A DNA stretch of 64,000 nucleotides, taken from NCBI GenBank assembly GCA_963787615.1, contig CAWBDJ010000001.1, positions 543,517 through 607,516 of the forward strand, given 5' to 3'. The position numbers were made by a program, and so were the translations under genes. The notes beneath the pieces were generated by a model. The model was not told the DNA's origin and did not search any database. It was given only the letters and a program-made list of their open reading frames with translations. This DNA comes from an uncultured Acidobacteriaceae bacterium. GTDB taxonomy: Bacteria; Acidobacteriota; Terriglobia; Bryobacterales; Bryobacteraceae. Of the stretch, positions 50,199 through 59,917 are shown one piece after another. Position 1 is the first letter of the stretch, and each line of letters begins with the position of its first letter.

Positions 50199-51404
50199 TC
50201 ACTGCGCCCCGCCGCCCCACCAGTAGCCGGGCCGCGTGCGAATCTTCAGCCCTGGCCGATCCACCACCACCTTGATGTTGTGAAATCCGGGCTCGTTTTG
50301 ATCATTGGGGCTGTAACTGAGAAGGTACTGGCTGTTCAGATCCGCGCCGATATCGGTAATCGCCGTCTCGAGCGTCCGTTCGCTGGCAAAGCCATACACG
50401 CGTCCCCCCGTGAAATAGGAGAAGGCTTCCGCGGGAGTTCTCTTGAACAAATCATGAATGGCACGCGCCACCGGAGGAATCGCGTTCAGAGCATTTCCAT
50501 TTTCCTGCTGCACCACACTCGTTTCACTTCGCGGGCCTCTACCGCCGGCGACGTTCGGCAGCGCTTCAGGAGGAACTCCCCCATTCTGCGGACGCGGATA
50601 GCCAGGCTGTTTCATCAGCGCCGTCAGCACTCGCGAGATATCGATCGAGTAGATGATGACATTGTCGAATTGTATGGCGTGAACCGTCTCCTCTAGATGC
50701 GATTCGCTGCCCTTATCGATATTCCGGCTGATCAAAACGACCACACGACGCCGTACACCGCGTGGATCGTGACGCTTCAGCATGCGGTCCGCATCCTGCA
50801 CTGCATCGATTAGACGCGCGCTGTTCGATCCTGCCGTAAGTCTGTGCATCGCGTCATCCAGCTTGTCCGGATCGTTCGTGAAGTCCTGCAGCAGTTGCAG
50901 CCGGTGATCGAAGGCCAGCACAGCGACGTCGCCGTCCTGCCCGGTAACCAGTCCCTGAAATAAAACACCCGTTCTCTTCAGTTGCGGCAGCACCGCCTCA
51001 ATTTCCGCATTCGCCTGCACGACCAGCACGACGGAAACCGGTTGCTCCGTGTACTCAGCATGGATCTTTTGCAGCTTGTTGTTGTCGTAAACTTCGAAAT
51101 CGCTAGCCGCCAGTCCGTTTACGTATCCATGCCCGTCAGGATCAAGCACGGACGTGGGCACCAGTACGTATCGAATCGTTGTTGTAAACGCTGGATTGCC
51201 CGGAGTCGTGCTCCCATCGCTGTCCGCTGGTTCCACAGTCGCGCCGGGAGATTCTGGCGTACTCGGCGGAAGTTTTTTGGGCGCAGGTCCCAGCTGCCCC
51301 GGCTGTGGTGGAGGACCCGGCGGAAGTTGTCCCGGCGGCAACGTCTGCGCCACGGCCGTGGTGCCCATTGCCAATAGCAAGGCCAGCAAAGGTAAATGCC
51401 TCAT
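50199..51404 (-). CDS. VWA domain protein (VWFA-related acidobacterial type)
   Basis: Signal peptide and a Pro-rich linker, then VSVVLVVQAN...VAVLAFDHRLQLLQDFT...RRVVVLISRNIDKGS and a C-terminal YLLSYSP...FHNIKV. This matches the TIGR03436-type architecture as I recall it. Confidence 0.7.
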   Translation of the reverse strand: MRHLPLLALLLAMGTTAVAQTLPPGQLPPGPPPQPGQLGPAPKKLPPSTPESPGATVEPADSDGSTTPGNPAFTTTIRYVLVPTSVLDPDGHGYVNGLAASDFEVYDNNKLQKIHAEYTEQPVSVVLVVQANAEIEAVLPQLKRTGVLFQGLVTGQDGDVAVLAFDHRLQLLQDFTNDPDKLDDAMHRLTAGSNSARLIDAVQDADRMLKRHDPRGVRRRVVVLISRNIDKGSESHLEETVHAIQFDNVIIYSIDISRVLTALMKQPGYPRPQNGGVPPEALPNVAGGRGPRSETSVVQQENGNALNAIPPVARAIHDLFKRTPAEAFSYFTGGRVYGFASERTLETAITDIGADLNSQYLLSYSPNDQNEPGFHNIKVVVDRPGLKIRTRPGYWWGGGAQ

Positions 51405-51458
51405 AAGTCCTGAGATGTCTTCGGTTGCTACTGAGTTTCCTGTACTGTACTTAGTTTC

Positions 51459-51947
51459 TCATCCACCTGCATGCTCTGTACGGCCCTCCAGCAAATCGAC
51501 CACATGCGGTATAAGCTCTTCAATCGCCCGAAGCGAGTGCAATGCTCCGCGAGGCGACCCGGGAAGGTTCACGATCAGAAAATGTTTGCGCGTTCCCGCA
51601 ACGGCACGTGAGAGCGCGGAAAATTTCGTCTGTTCCAATCCCTTGGTCCGCATGAGCTCACCCAATCCCGGAACTTCACGATCGAGAATGCTGCGTGTGC
51701 CTTCGGGCGTCACATCCCGCGCGGAAACGCCTGTCCCGCCCGTCGTCAGTATCAACGAAACGGCCCCGCTATCGGCCCACTCTCGTAACTGCTCTGCTAT
51801 GGCGCTTTCGTCATCACCGACGGTCGCCACCTCCACGACTCGCCAGTTCAACTCTCCGCACCGCTCTCGAATCGCAGGTCCGGACCGATCCTCTCTCTTG
51901 CCCGTCGCGGCCGAATCGCTGATTGTGAGAATCGCAACCGTGATCAC
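51459..51947 (-). CDS. MogA/MoaB family molybdenum cofactor biosynthesis protein
   Basis: [25 protein letters not shown]...[18 protein letters not shown]...LPGSPRG. The GTG start overlaps the moaC stop as GTGA (51944..51947). Confidence 0.8.
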   Translation of the reverse strand: MITVAILTISDSAATGKREDRSGPAIRERCGELNWRVVEVATVGDDESAIAEQLREWADSGAVSLILTTGGTGVSARDVTPEGTRSILDREVPGLGELMRTKGLEQTKFSALSRAVAGTRKHFLIVNLPGSPRGALHSLRAIEELIPHVVDLLEGRTEHAGG

Positions 51948-52423
51948 TTCAGTGCCTTGCTGCGCCGATACGTTCCCGATTTCCCGCCCGTCTTCTCGAC
52001 CAGATACACCCCGCGAATTTCTATCGCTTTGTCCAGAGCTTTCGTCATGTCGTAGATCGTTAGCGCTGCAACCGAAGCCGCCGTCATCGCTTCCATTTCT
52101 ACGCCCGTTCGCGCCGCAGTTGCGGCCTGCGCCGTAATCTCGATTCCGTCCTCTCGAACGTCGAACTCCAAACTGACATGCGTCAGCGGAATCTGGTGAC
52201 ACAACGGAATCAGGTCGGAGGTCTTTTTCGCTGCGCTGATACCGGCAATTCGGGCGACCTCGAGCGGATCGCCCTTCGCGTTATGGGGCAGCGCTCGAAT
52301 CACCTCTTGCGACATCGCGACAAAAGCGCACGCCGTCGCGGTGCGCTCCGTCACTGCCTTTCCGCCGACATCGACCATCGAGACCCGGCCCGCCGAATCG
52401 TAATGCGAAAGCGCCTTCTTCAT
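51944..52423 (-). CDS. moaC: cyclic pyranopterin monophosphate synthase MoaC
   Basis: MVDVGGK..T.R.A.A...[24 protein letters not shown]...[22 protein letters not shown]. The ATG at 52423 overlaps the moeA stop as ATGA. Confidence 0.9.
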   Translation of the reverse strand: MKKALSHYDSAGRVSMVDVGGKAVTERTATACAFVAMSQEVIRALPHNAKGDPLEVARIAGISAAKKTSDLIPLCHQIPLTHVSLEFDVREDGIEITAQAATAARTGVEMEAMTAASVAALTIYDMTKALDKAIEIRGVYLVEKTGGKSGTYRRSKALK

Positions 52424-53658
52424 GGTTTCGGCATCACCCGAATAGAATCGCCAATCTCCCAACGTTCGCGATCATGATCCGCCACAAGAAACGCGTTGGC
52501 TTTCGCCAGCGCCGGAACGTCGCTCGATCCTTGCCAGGAAATGTGGCGTAGATGCTGGCCGTCCGCGCTCAACCGCGCGGGCAAGAAGCGCGTCAACCCA
52601 AGCTTATGGCGAAATGGAGCTTCGAATCGCGCTGACAGAAGCGGCAGGATCGGCTCGCTTTGCCCCCCGATCAAATCCAGCGCTGCGCGCGCGAAAAGTT
52701 GAAATGTCACGAGCGTCGATCCCGGATTACCCGGCAGCCCAAATACCGGCTTTTTTCCAGCCGTGCCAAACGCCGTCGGTTGCCCGGGCTGCACCCGCAC
52801 TCGCTCGAAGTGAAATTCGACCCCCAGCTCGCGCAGCGCAGGCTTCACCAGATCGTATTTTCCCGCCGATACGCCGCCGGTGACCAGCAGCATGTCATGC
52901 TCCAAGCCTCGCTCTACAAGCGGCCGCAGAGCTTCTCTCGTGTCACGGGCAATCGGCAGAATCGTTGCATGTGCGCCCGCGGCGCGCACCAGAGCAGCCA
53001 GCATGTACGAGTTCGAGTTGCGGATCTGGTGAGCAGCCGGCTTCTCGCCTACTTCGACGATTTCATCGCCCGTCGCAAGAATCGCGACTTTAGGCCGCTG
53101 CTTCACTGCAACCGTTGTGTAGCCAGTCATCGCCAGAGTGGCGACATGGCTCGCGTCGAGAACCGTACCTTCAGGAATAAGTACGGAGCCACTTCTCACT
53201 TCCGCACCGCGCTCGTTGACGAACTGCCCCGTTTCGGCGCGCTGCTCGATGCTCACTTCATTGCCGCTGCGCGTGACGTGTTCGATCATCACCACCGCAT
53301 CGGCGCCATGGGGTACCGGCGCACCCGTCATAATCTCCAGAGCCTCGCCCCGTTCGAGCGGTGGCTGTTCGCCTTCACCCGCGCGAACTTCCCCGCGAAT
53401 GCGCAACGTCCCTGGCACGTCCGCAGATTTCACCGCGAATCCATCTCGCAGGGACCGCCGCAGTGCCGGATAATCGCGATCCGCCCGTACATCTTCCCCC
53501 AGCACCCGCCCGTGCGCTTCTTCTAAAGAGACCCGTTCCGCCTCTCGCCCGATTCCCAGCCCGCGCACCACTTCAACAACAATGCGTCGCGCCTCTTCAA
53601 ACTCCAGCGCTTTGGATCGGACAGCTTCCGGCACGCTTCGGATTGTACATTGCGGCAC
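52420..53658 (-). CDS. moeA: molybdopterin molybdotransferase MoeA
   Basis: LEFEEARRIV..., DYPALRRSLRDGFAV, ILATGDE..., NSNSYMLAAL, LVTGGVSAGKYD, PGNPGS motifs. The start may be the downstream GTG (~53634). Confidence 0.85.
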   Translation of the reverse strand: MPQCTIRSVPEAVRSKALEFEEARRIVVEVVRGLGIGREAERVSLEEAHGRVLGEDVRADRDYPALRRSLRDGFAVKSADVPGTLRIRGEVRAGEGEQPPLERGEALEIMTGAPVPHGADAVVMIEHVTRSGNEVSIEQRAETGQFVNERGAEVRSGSVLIPEGTVLDASHVATLAMTGYTTVAVKQRPKVAILATGDEIVEVGEKPAAHQIRNSNSYMLAALVRAAGAHATILPIARDTREALRPLVERGLEHDMLLVTGGVSAGKYDLVKPALRELGVEFHFERVRVQPGQPTAFGTAGKKPVFGLPGNPGSTLVTFQLFARAALDLIGGQSEPILPLLSARFEAPFRHKLGLTRFLPARLSADGQHLRHISWQGSSDVPALAKANAFLVADHDRERWEIGDSIRVMPKP

Positions 53659-53698
53659 TCAGGTGCGGCGAAACACGGAGCCGCTAGGCTTGACAACA

Positions 53699-53911
53699 TC
53701 AGACATCGGACTTGGTTCGGCTCCTCGGCGCCGCACGCAGCTGAGGCTGGCTGCCGCCGAGGGCAGCCAGCCTTCGTGCAGCTTCTCTGGCAATCAAGGC
53801 CTCCAGACCGGCACGGATTAGATCAACGTCTTCCTCAATACCTGTGAGGCTTCGTGCCCGTTTGAGTAGATCCTCATCGATCTTCAAAGTGATTCTCATC
53901 CGCTTATCCAT
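53699..53911 (-). CDS. vapB: type II toxin-antitoxin VapB-family antitoxin (DUF2191-like), no cognate toxin adjacent
   Basis: MRITLKIDEDLLKRARSLTGIEEDVDLIRAGLEALIAREAARRLAALGG matches the MRTTLDIDDDLL...LTG....E.V..AL..L pattern of this family. Confidence 0.7.
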   Translation of the reverse strand: MDKRMRITLKIDEDLLKRARSLTGIEEDVDLIRAGLEALIAREAARRLAALGGSQPQLRAAPRSRTKSDV

Positions 53912-53979
53912 CTCATCGGTATCGTCTCCGATTTCATGGCACGGCGTCCTCCACTTTGCGATCCTAACCTCAGAGCCCC

Positions 53980-55769
53980 GTGCGCACTAACTACGGCCTC
54001 ATCTCTTCTGTTTGCCTGATCGGGCTCGCTTGCGGTCTGATTTCCGGCCACCCCGCCTCCGCAAGCCAGCGTCTAAAGCGCCCTCTCTCCGTTATCCATA
54101 GTCAACACGGGCGTTGGACCGACCTCAACATCGGACCCTTCTACGTCGACACGGACAGCGACATCGCGGCCGCTCGCGACGCGCTCACTCAACTCGAGCA
54201 GCTGCGTTGGGTTCTGGGCGGCTTGCTCGAATCCAAAGATCTTCCGAGCGTGTGGCCTTTCCGGCTTCTGCTCACTCCGTCCGAAAGCACAAACGCAATC
54301 GCCGCGCCACAGTTCGTTTTGCAAAACGGCACGTACCTCCTCGCCTGCCCGCCCGGCACTCGCCTCCCGCTCGATCAAGTCGCCGGAATTTTGCTCGATG
54401 CCAATACACCGCGTCTCCCGCCGGAGGTCGAATCAGGCGTCCGCCAGCTCTTCTCAACCCTTGAAGCGAAAGGCAGCCGCGTCACTTGGGGCGGTCCGGC
54501 CCCCCATCCCGATCTGGCCTGGGCTCGCATGCAACTCTTCGCCACCAAGTTCGAATACTCCTCCAGTTTCCATATTTTCTTTACCGCTCTCAAAGGCGGC
54601 AGCACGCTTCGCGCCGCCGAACAAAACGCTTTTGGAAAAGATTCCGCCACGCTCGAGCAGGAAGCGGCCGCCAATCTCGCTTCGCATAACTGGCCGTCGG
54701 CCTCCGTCTCAGGTCGTCCGCTTGATCCGAAGCGCGATTTCGGCGAGCACTCGCTCGACGACACGATCGCCGCCGTCTACCTCGCCTGGACTCAACTCGC
54801 TTCACCTTCTAAAACGTCAGCAGCTGCCCGCGAAAACGATTCCGGCGAAGCAGCCTTCAAATCCGCGATCGAGGCCGGGGGCGCCGCCCGCGCGCTCGGT
54901 TACGAAGGGCTGGCCGCGATCGCTGAACTCGCTCACGACAATCCAAAGCCGTTCCTCGACAGCGCCATCCGAGCGGGTAGCAGAAACGCAACAGTGTACG
55001 TCACGGCAGCCGACGGCCTCGACGCATCCAAGCTCTGCCGCTTCTCAAAAAGGCCGCTCAACTGAATCCCTTGTGGGCGGAACCCATCTTCCGTCAGGCG
55101 CAGTTTTCTGCCGATCCCGCCGAAAAGGAGGCGCTGCTCAAAAAAGCCGTCCACCTCGATCCGCGCGCCACCGAGTATTGGATCGATCTCGCCCAGCTTC
55201 AAATCACTCAGGGCGAGGGCACCGCCGCGCAAGGCACTTGGCTCCGCGCCGAAGATTCCGCCGCCGATACGGCAGAGCGTAACCGTGTCCATCAGCTTCG
55301 CCTCGACGCCGAGCAGGAACGCCTGGACGCCGCCGAAAACGCCCGCCAGCACGAACGCGAATCCGTGCATCTCGCCGATGAACGCGCCCAACAGTCCGAG
55401 GCGGATCGCATCCGTGCGGCCGAGCAGAAAGCCAATGGGGCGAAAGACGCTGCCGCGGGCGATCAGAAACCCGTTAACGTCGTTCCCTGGAGTGAGGTTG
55501 CCTCACCACCTAAGAAAATCAGCGGCACCTTGATCGAAGTCGACTGCCTCGGTGCGCCGGCGCCGGCATCTAATTCGCCCGCCCCCGCCCGCCTCTCTAT
55601 AAAGGACCGCACCGGCAACACCGTCCAACTGCTTCTCAAAGATCCCTCGCAAACCGGCCTGACGTGCGGCACCCAACGTCCCGCTCGCCGCGTCGCGCTC
55701 ACTTACGCGGCTGATCCCGACGATCGCTTCCACACCTCCGGCACCGTCGTCAGCATCCATCTCCAGTGA
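53980..55769 (+). CDS. hypothetical secreted protein with TPR-like/coiled-coil C-terminal half; frame broken near 55030
   Basis: ORFs 53980..55065 and 55071..55769 join as ...TAADGLDASK|ALPLLKKAAQLNPLWAEPIFRQAQFSADP if one base is added. Signal peptide at the N-terminus. Confidence 0.5.
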
Positions 55770-56218
55770 CACCTCTCATCCGACCCGCCACCTCCGACGA
55801 CCTCCCCGCCCTTCTCGATATCGAACAGCAATCGTTTTCTCATCCCCACTGGACCTCGCGCGATTTCCGCCACGCCGATTGCATCGTCGCCGAATTGGAC
55901 GGCCAAGTCGCTGGCCTCCTCGTCGCTCGGGATATCTATGCCGGCGAGGCGTCCGCGCCCGGCGACCCCTCCGACCCGCCCGAACGCGAGATTCTCAACC
56001 TCGCCGTGGCACCCCCTTTCCGCCGCATAGGCGTCGCTACCGCCTTGCTGAATCATGAACTTACCCGCAAGGCCGTGCGCTTCCTCGAAGTCCGCGAATC
56101 CAACCTCGCCGCACAACAGCTCTACCGCAAATTCGGCTTCGTCGAGATTGCCCGCCGGCCCGACTATTACCAGTCCCCCGCAGAAAGAGCTATTGTCATG
56201 CAGATGAAATGGTGCTAA
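55766..56218 (+). CDS. rimI: GNAT N-acetyltransferase, RimI-like
   Basis: IRPATSDDLPALLDIEQQSFSHPHWTSRDF ... NLAVAPPFRRIGVATALL ... LEVRESNLAAQQLYRKFGF. 4-nt overlap with the upstream stop. Confidence 0.7.
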   Translation: MTPLIRPATSDDLPALLDIEQQSFSHPHWTSRDFRHADCIVAELDGQVAGLLVARDIYAGEASAPGDPSDPPEREILNLAVAPPFRRIGVATALLNHELTRKAVRFLEVRESNLAAQQLYRKFGFVEIARRPDYYQSPAERAIVMQMKWC

Positions 56219-56351
56219 TTTTTGGAATGCGTAGGGCCACTGGTGACCCTACGCGAGTGAATACATGCACTCCCACCTACCGGGCCAGATTCTTCCCTCA
56301 TTCATCCAGAACCAGACTCGGCCGTGGTCGCTCGATAAAGGAGAACCCTTA

Positions 56352-56591
56352 ATGGAGAATCACACGCAAGAAGACTTGAAAGCGCATCTGCTCGCCTCGA
56401 ATGAACAATTCCGATCGCTTGCCGAGCAGCATGCGCAATTGAAGCGGCAGATTGAGGCGATCGAGTCCAAGCCTCATGTAACCTCGACCGATGAGCTCGA
56501 GGAACAGCGCCTCAAAAAGCAGAAACTGCGCCTTAAAGACGAAATGAACCACATGATGGCGCAGTATAAAACCGCAAGCGTCGGTAGTTAA
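56352..56591 (+). CDS. DUF465 (YdcH-like) protein
   Basis: MENHTQEDLKAHLLASNEQFRSLAEQHAQLKRQIEAIES...DELEEQRLKKQKLRLKDEM. AAAGGAGAA lies before the internal ATG. Confidence 0.7.
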   Translation: MENHTQEDLKAHLLASNEQFRSLAEQHAQLKRQIEAIESKPHVTSTDELEEQRLKKQKLRLKDEMNHMMAQYKTASVGS

Positions 56592-56690
56592 CCTCTCTTT
56601 TTCCTCGTCAGGGAATCCGGTCGCGGTTCCCTGGCGATCTGCATACATCCGTGCGTGGCGCGAACCTCACTATGTGGAACGCGATAAGGT

Positions 56691-57269
56691 ATGACCGCGA
56701 TATCAGTTTTCCTCGCATTCCTCTTCCTCGTGCGGGGCAACTCTCTTGCTCTAGGAACCGAGAACAAGTCCGCAAGTCGTTGTCCAATCTCTAACTTGGA
56801 GAAAGGCTGGACCGTATTCGTTGATCCAGTACACCGTTTCTGCTTTCAGTATCCTTCCACATATGAGCAACTCAGGCCCCCTTTCGAACCGGACCGATTT
56901 CATCCAGACGCCAAGGTGATCGCCCAGTTTGAGAGCGCAGAGTTGCGCAGAGCAACCGAAGAAGACCGTGCCCGAGCCGCAATCTTTTTATCGTTCTCGA
57001 AGGTGAGCTTCAACTTACAAAACTTCATCAGCGACGCACCGACCGGTGTTGAGAGACCGCCTAGCCCGGTGCGTTTTGGCGCTTTGACCTTCTTTTACTA
57101 CGGGCCGGGTGGCGGGGGTGTAGCCTATGACGACATCTACTATTTCAATCTGCACAACCGGACGCTCAGGATTGTGTTCGACGGACCTTTTGATGGGCAC
57201 AGCAAATCTCCGTCGGAGAAGACTCAGCAGATCGAGAGCGCAATTCTAGCCAGTTTCAAAATCTTCTAG
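56691..57269 (+). CDS. hypothetical secreted protein
   Basis: 192-aa ORF with a signal peptide (MTAISVFLAFLFLVRGNSLA). No domain recognised. Confidence 0.45.
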   Translation: MTAISVFLAFLFLVRGNSLALGTENKSASRCPISNLEKGWTVFVDPVHRFCFQYPSTYEQLRPPFEPDRFHPDAKVIAQFESAELRRATEEDRARAAIFLSFSKVSFNLQNFISDAPTGVERPPSPVRFGALTFFYYGPGGGGVAYDDIYYFNLHNRTLRIVFDGPFDGHSKSPSEKTQQIESAILASFKIF

Positions 57270-57865
57270 CGCGCCATCGCCGTGTGCGTCTTCGCCCGGG
57301 TCCGCGTCGAAGCTCCATTCCCTAGCGCCAGCAACTCCTCTATGCGTTGCCGGATAGTCGCCTCTTTGGTCGAGTTCTCATCACCTTTTGCTGTCGTCTG
57401 GTAGTGGATGTAACCCTTTCGATCGATCAGCACCAGTTGCGGCACTACGGTCAACTCCGCGAAGCTGAATCCCATGAAGTTCATGAACTGCTCTCGAGGA
57501 GTCCAGCCCACCGGAAATCCAACCTCGAAATTTCTGGCGAAGAGCATGACCACGAAATTGGCCTGTTGCGCATTGCGGCCCTCATCCAGAGCGTTGATCG
57601 CGACATCCACCGCCTGAAAGCCCCGGCTGCCATACTCTTGCTCCAGTCGCGTCATTAGCCGCGAAGCTGCTTGGCAGTGCGGACACGTCGTCGCAATGAA
57701 CTCGAGCGCCACCACCTTCCCCCTGTACTGGCTCAGCAACTGCTCCCCCTGACCCGGAACAGTGAACGCCAGCTCGGGCGCTTTCCGAAAACCATTCGCC
57801 TCTTGACCGAGACCAACGGCCGCAAAAATCATCAGTGCAGAAAAGGAAAGAAGTATTCTTTTCAC
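57266..57865 (-). CDS. thioredoxin-fold redoxin (TlpA/AhpC-TSA family), exported
   Basis: Signal peptide and GKVVALEFIATTCPHCQ (CxxC in a thioredoxin-fold context). Confidence 0.75.
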   Translation of the reverse strand: MKRILLSFSALMIFAAVGLGQEANGFRKAPELAFTVPGQGEQLLSQYRGKVVALEFIATTCPHCQAASRLMTRLEQEYGSRGFQAVDVAINALDEGRNAQQANFVVMLFARNFEVGFPVGWTPREQFMNFMGFSFAELTVVPQLVLIDRKGYIHYQTTAKGDENSTKEATIRQRIEELLALGNGASTRTRAKTHTAMAR

Positions 57866-57868
57866 GGG

Positions 57869-59057
57869 ATGAGACTCCTTCTCAGTTTACTGATCGTAAC
57901 GGTTGTGCCGAGGGCTGCACAACAGGAACTCAATGTGTCCGCCATTTCGAGCGTCAAAGATTTCGGCGCAGCTGGCAACGGCACGACCGACGATCTTCCC
58001 GCCATCAAAAAAGCGTTCGCCGCCGTCGCCGGCAAAGGACAACGTTTGCTGTTTCCGGCCGGTACCTACGCTGTCAGCGGAACGGTCGTCATTCCCAACA
58101 AAACACAAATCTATGGGGTGGGCCGCGGGGACGCGGGAGGCGTAAACACCGTCATCAAAGCCTTGCCTGGCTTTCCGCCGGGAGCAGCCGTCATCGAGAT
58201 GGGGCCCGCACCTGGGCCCAACTTCGGAATCGAGGTAGAAAATCTCACCATCGATGGAGCTTCCATCGCCGGAACTTGTCTCGCCAACCACTACGCGCAA
58301 GAACTGAGCTTTGGACGGAATCTGCTGCTGATCAACTGCGGTGCTCGCGGGCTCGTGGTGTCGAACGTCGGGCAAAACTCCGGGCCTTTCGAGAATCTCG
58401 AAATTGATGAAGGTGCCGGCCCTACCGTCAACACCAACACAGTGTGCGTCGAGGTGACTTCAGTCGGCGCGTTTCGCGGAATCCACGGGCTTACCTGCAA
58501 CGGTGGAAGCCACTACGCCTCCCGCCCCGCCGTCGCTCTCGCCCTCGATGGAACCGGCATCTACCAGGACATTCACGTGGAACACTTTGGTACTGCCGTC
58601 ACACTGGGAAATCGAGCGAACTCCGCCGACGGGCTCATCTTCGCGGACGGCAGCTTCGGGCCGGATGTCACTACCGGTCTCGCCATCGCGTCCGCGTCCC
58701 ACGTCAACAATCAAAACCTGACCATTCTTGGTATCTCCTGCACCGGATGCACCACTCTTCTCAGCGATGGCATGACCGGCACCAAAATTTCCGATACCTC
58801 GGTCGGCTGGTATTTGTTGGGAAACGGAGGATCGAACAAAGCCATCTGGTCTTCGAACTACGGAATCGGCGGCCAAGTCACCGGCCCTTTTCGCGCTCCC
58901 GAAATGCAACTCACTGCTCTCGGCTCCAAACCTCCGTGCTCCGCTTCGACACGCGGAACATTTTGGTTTGTGCGGAGTCCACCAGGCAGCCCCCGACCAT
59001 CTTCAGGTCTGCAGCAAATCGGCTCACGACACATACTCCTGGACCACCGTCTTTTAA
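57869..59057 (+). CDS. pectate-lyase-superfamily (Pectate_lyase_3 / right-handed beta-helix) glycoside hydrolase-like protein; frame broken in the C5 run 58990..58994
   Basis: Signal peptide, then NVSAISSVKDFGAAGNGTTDDLPAIKKAF...LLFPAGTY, typical of this family. Removing one C gives ...FWFVRSPPGSPDHLQVCSKSAHDTYSWTTVF-stop at 59055..59057. Confidence 0.65.
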
Positions 59058-59069
59058 CGTTCCGCTCCA

Positions 59070-59885
59070 ATGCTGGCGCAATATGGTAAAGAAGCAGTGG
59101 CCATCGCCCTTCCAGAAAAGCAGCGCGTCGTTAGCGTCGGCATCAGCAAAACCAGCTATAACGAGGTTGTCGCGCTCTGTCACGCCTGGGCTTCCGAACG
59201 CAAAACATCCACCCACTCACTCGCCCGATACATCTGCGTCACCTCGGTCCACGGCATCATCCTCGCCCATGATGATCCCGAAGTCGCCGAAGCGCTCAAT
59301 GCCGCCGACATCGCAACACCCGACGGCATGCCGATCGTGTGGGCCCTCCGTTCTTTCGGATGCCCCAATCAGGAGCGTGTGTACGGTCCCACGTTAATGC
59401 TTGAAATCTGCCAAGACGCGGCCGAGAATGGACACCGCGTTTTCCTCTATGGCAGTCGTGAAGAAACGCTCGCGCTTTTAATCGACAGACTTCACATGCG
59501 TTTCCCGCGCCTTCAAATCGCCGGCTCGTACGCTCCCCCGTTTCGTCCCTTGACCGCGACCGAAGACCGCCAGGTCCAGCAGAAAATTTGTGAGTCCGAC
59601 GCCGACATCGTCTTCGTTGGAATCAGCACGCCCAAACAGGAGAAGTGGATGTACGAACATCGCCGCTCTTTTCCTGGCGTAACATTGATCGGCGTAGGCG
59701 CAGCTTTCGACTTTCACGCCGGGGAAACGCCTCAGGCCCCCGCGTGGATGCAGCGACACGGATTCGAGTGGCTCTTCCGTTTGTCCAGCGAACCCGGCCG
59801 GCTTTGGAAGCGCTACCTGTTGATCACGCCGCGATTCCTGCCGTTATGGGCCAGCCAGAAGTGGCACTCCGTTCGCTCGCGTTAG
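59070..59885 (+). CDS. WecB/TagA/CpsF family glycosyltransferase (GT26)
   Basis: ...VTSVHGIILAHDDPEVAEALNAADIATPDGMPIVWA... FLYGS...ADIVFVGISTPKQEKWM...IGVGAAFDFHAG...AP.WMQRHGFEWLFRL..EP.RLWKRY. Confidence 0.8.
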   Translation: MLAQYGKEAVAIALPEKQRVVSVGISKTSYNEVVALCHAWASERKTSTHSLARYICVTSVHGIILAHDDPEVAEALNAADIATPDGMPIVWALRSFGCPNQERVYGPTLMLEICQDAAENGHRVFLYGSREETLALLIDRLHMRFPRLQIAGSYAPPFRPLTATEDRQVQQKICESDADIVFVGISTPKQEKWMYEHRRSFPGVTLIGVGAAFDFHAGETPQAPAWMQRHGFEWLFRLSSEPGRLWKRYLLITPRFLPLWASQKWHSVRSR

Positions 59886-59917
59886 CAGCAATGTGTCGCA
59901 GTTAATGTAGAAAGAAC

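Noticed and set aside
51944-52202. The listed 247-aa ORF 51459..52202, which suggests a longer MogA or a MoaC-MogA fusion.
   Set aside because: Its first ~85 residues overlap moaC out of frame and are Arg/Gly-rich nonsense. A GTG at 51947 coupled to the moaC stop gives a normal 163-aa MogA/MoaB.
53659-53698. A Moco riboswitch or vapC remnant between vapB and moeA.
   Set aside because: Forty nt is too short for the Moco motif. Translations of all frames show nothing PIN-like.
54398-55282. Long alternative-frame or antisense ORFs. Examples are 54398..55282 (294 aa), 44396..45373 (325 aa), 31290..32297 (335 aa), 51154..52137 (327 aa), 52660..53526 (288 aa), 58444..59397 (317 aa), 18553..19362, 33734..34501 and 40922..41719.
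   Set aside because: All lie inside, or opposite, genes with clear conserved protein text. Their translations are Arg/Pro/Ser/Ala-rich with no motifs, which is the usual shadow-ORF effect in GC-rich DNA.
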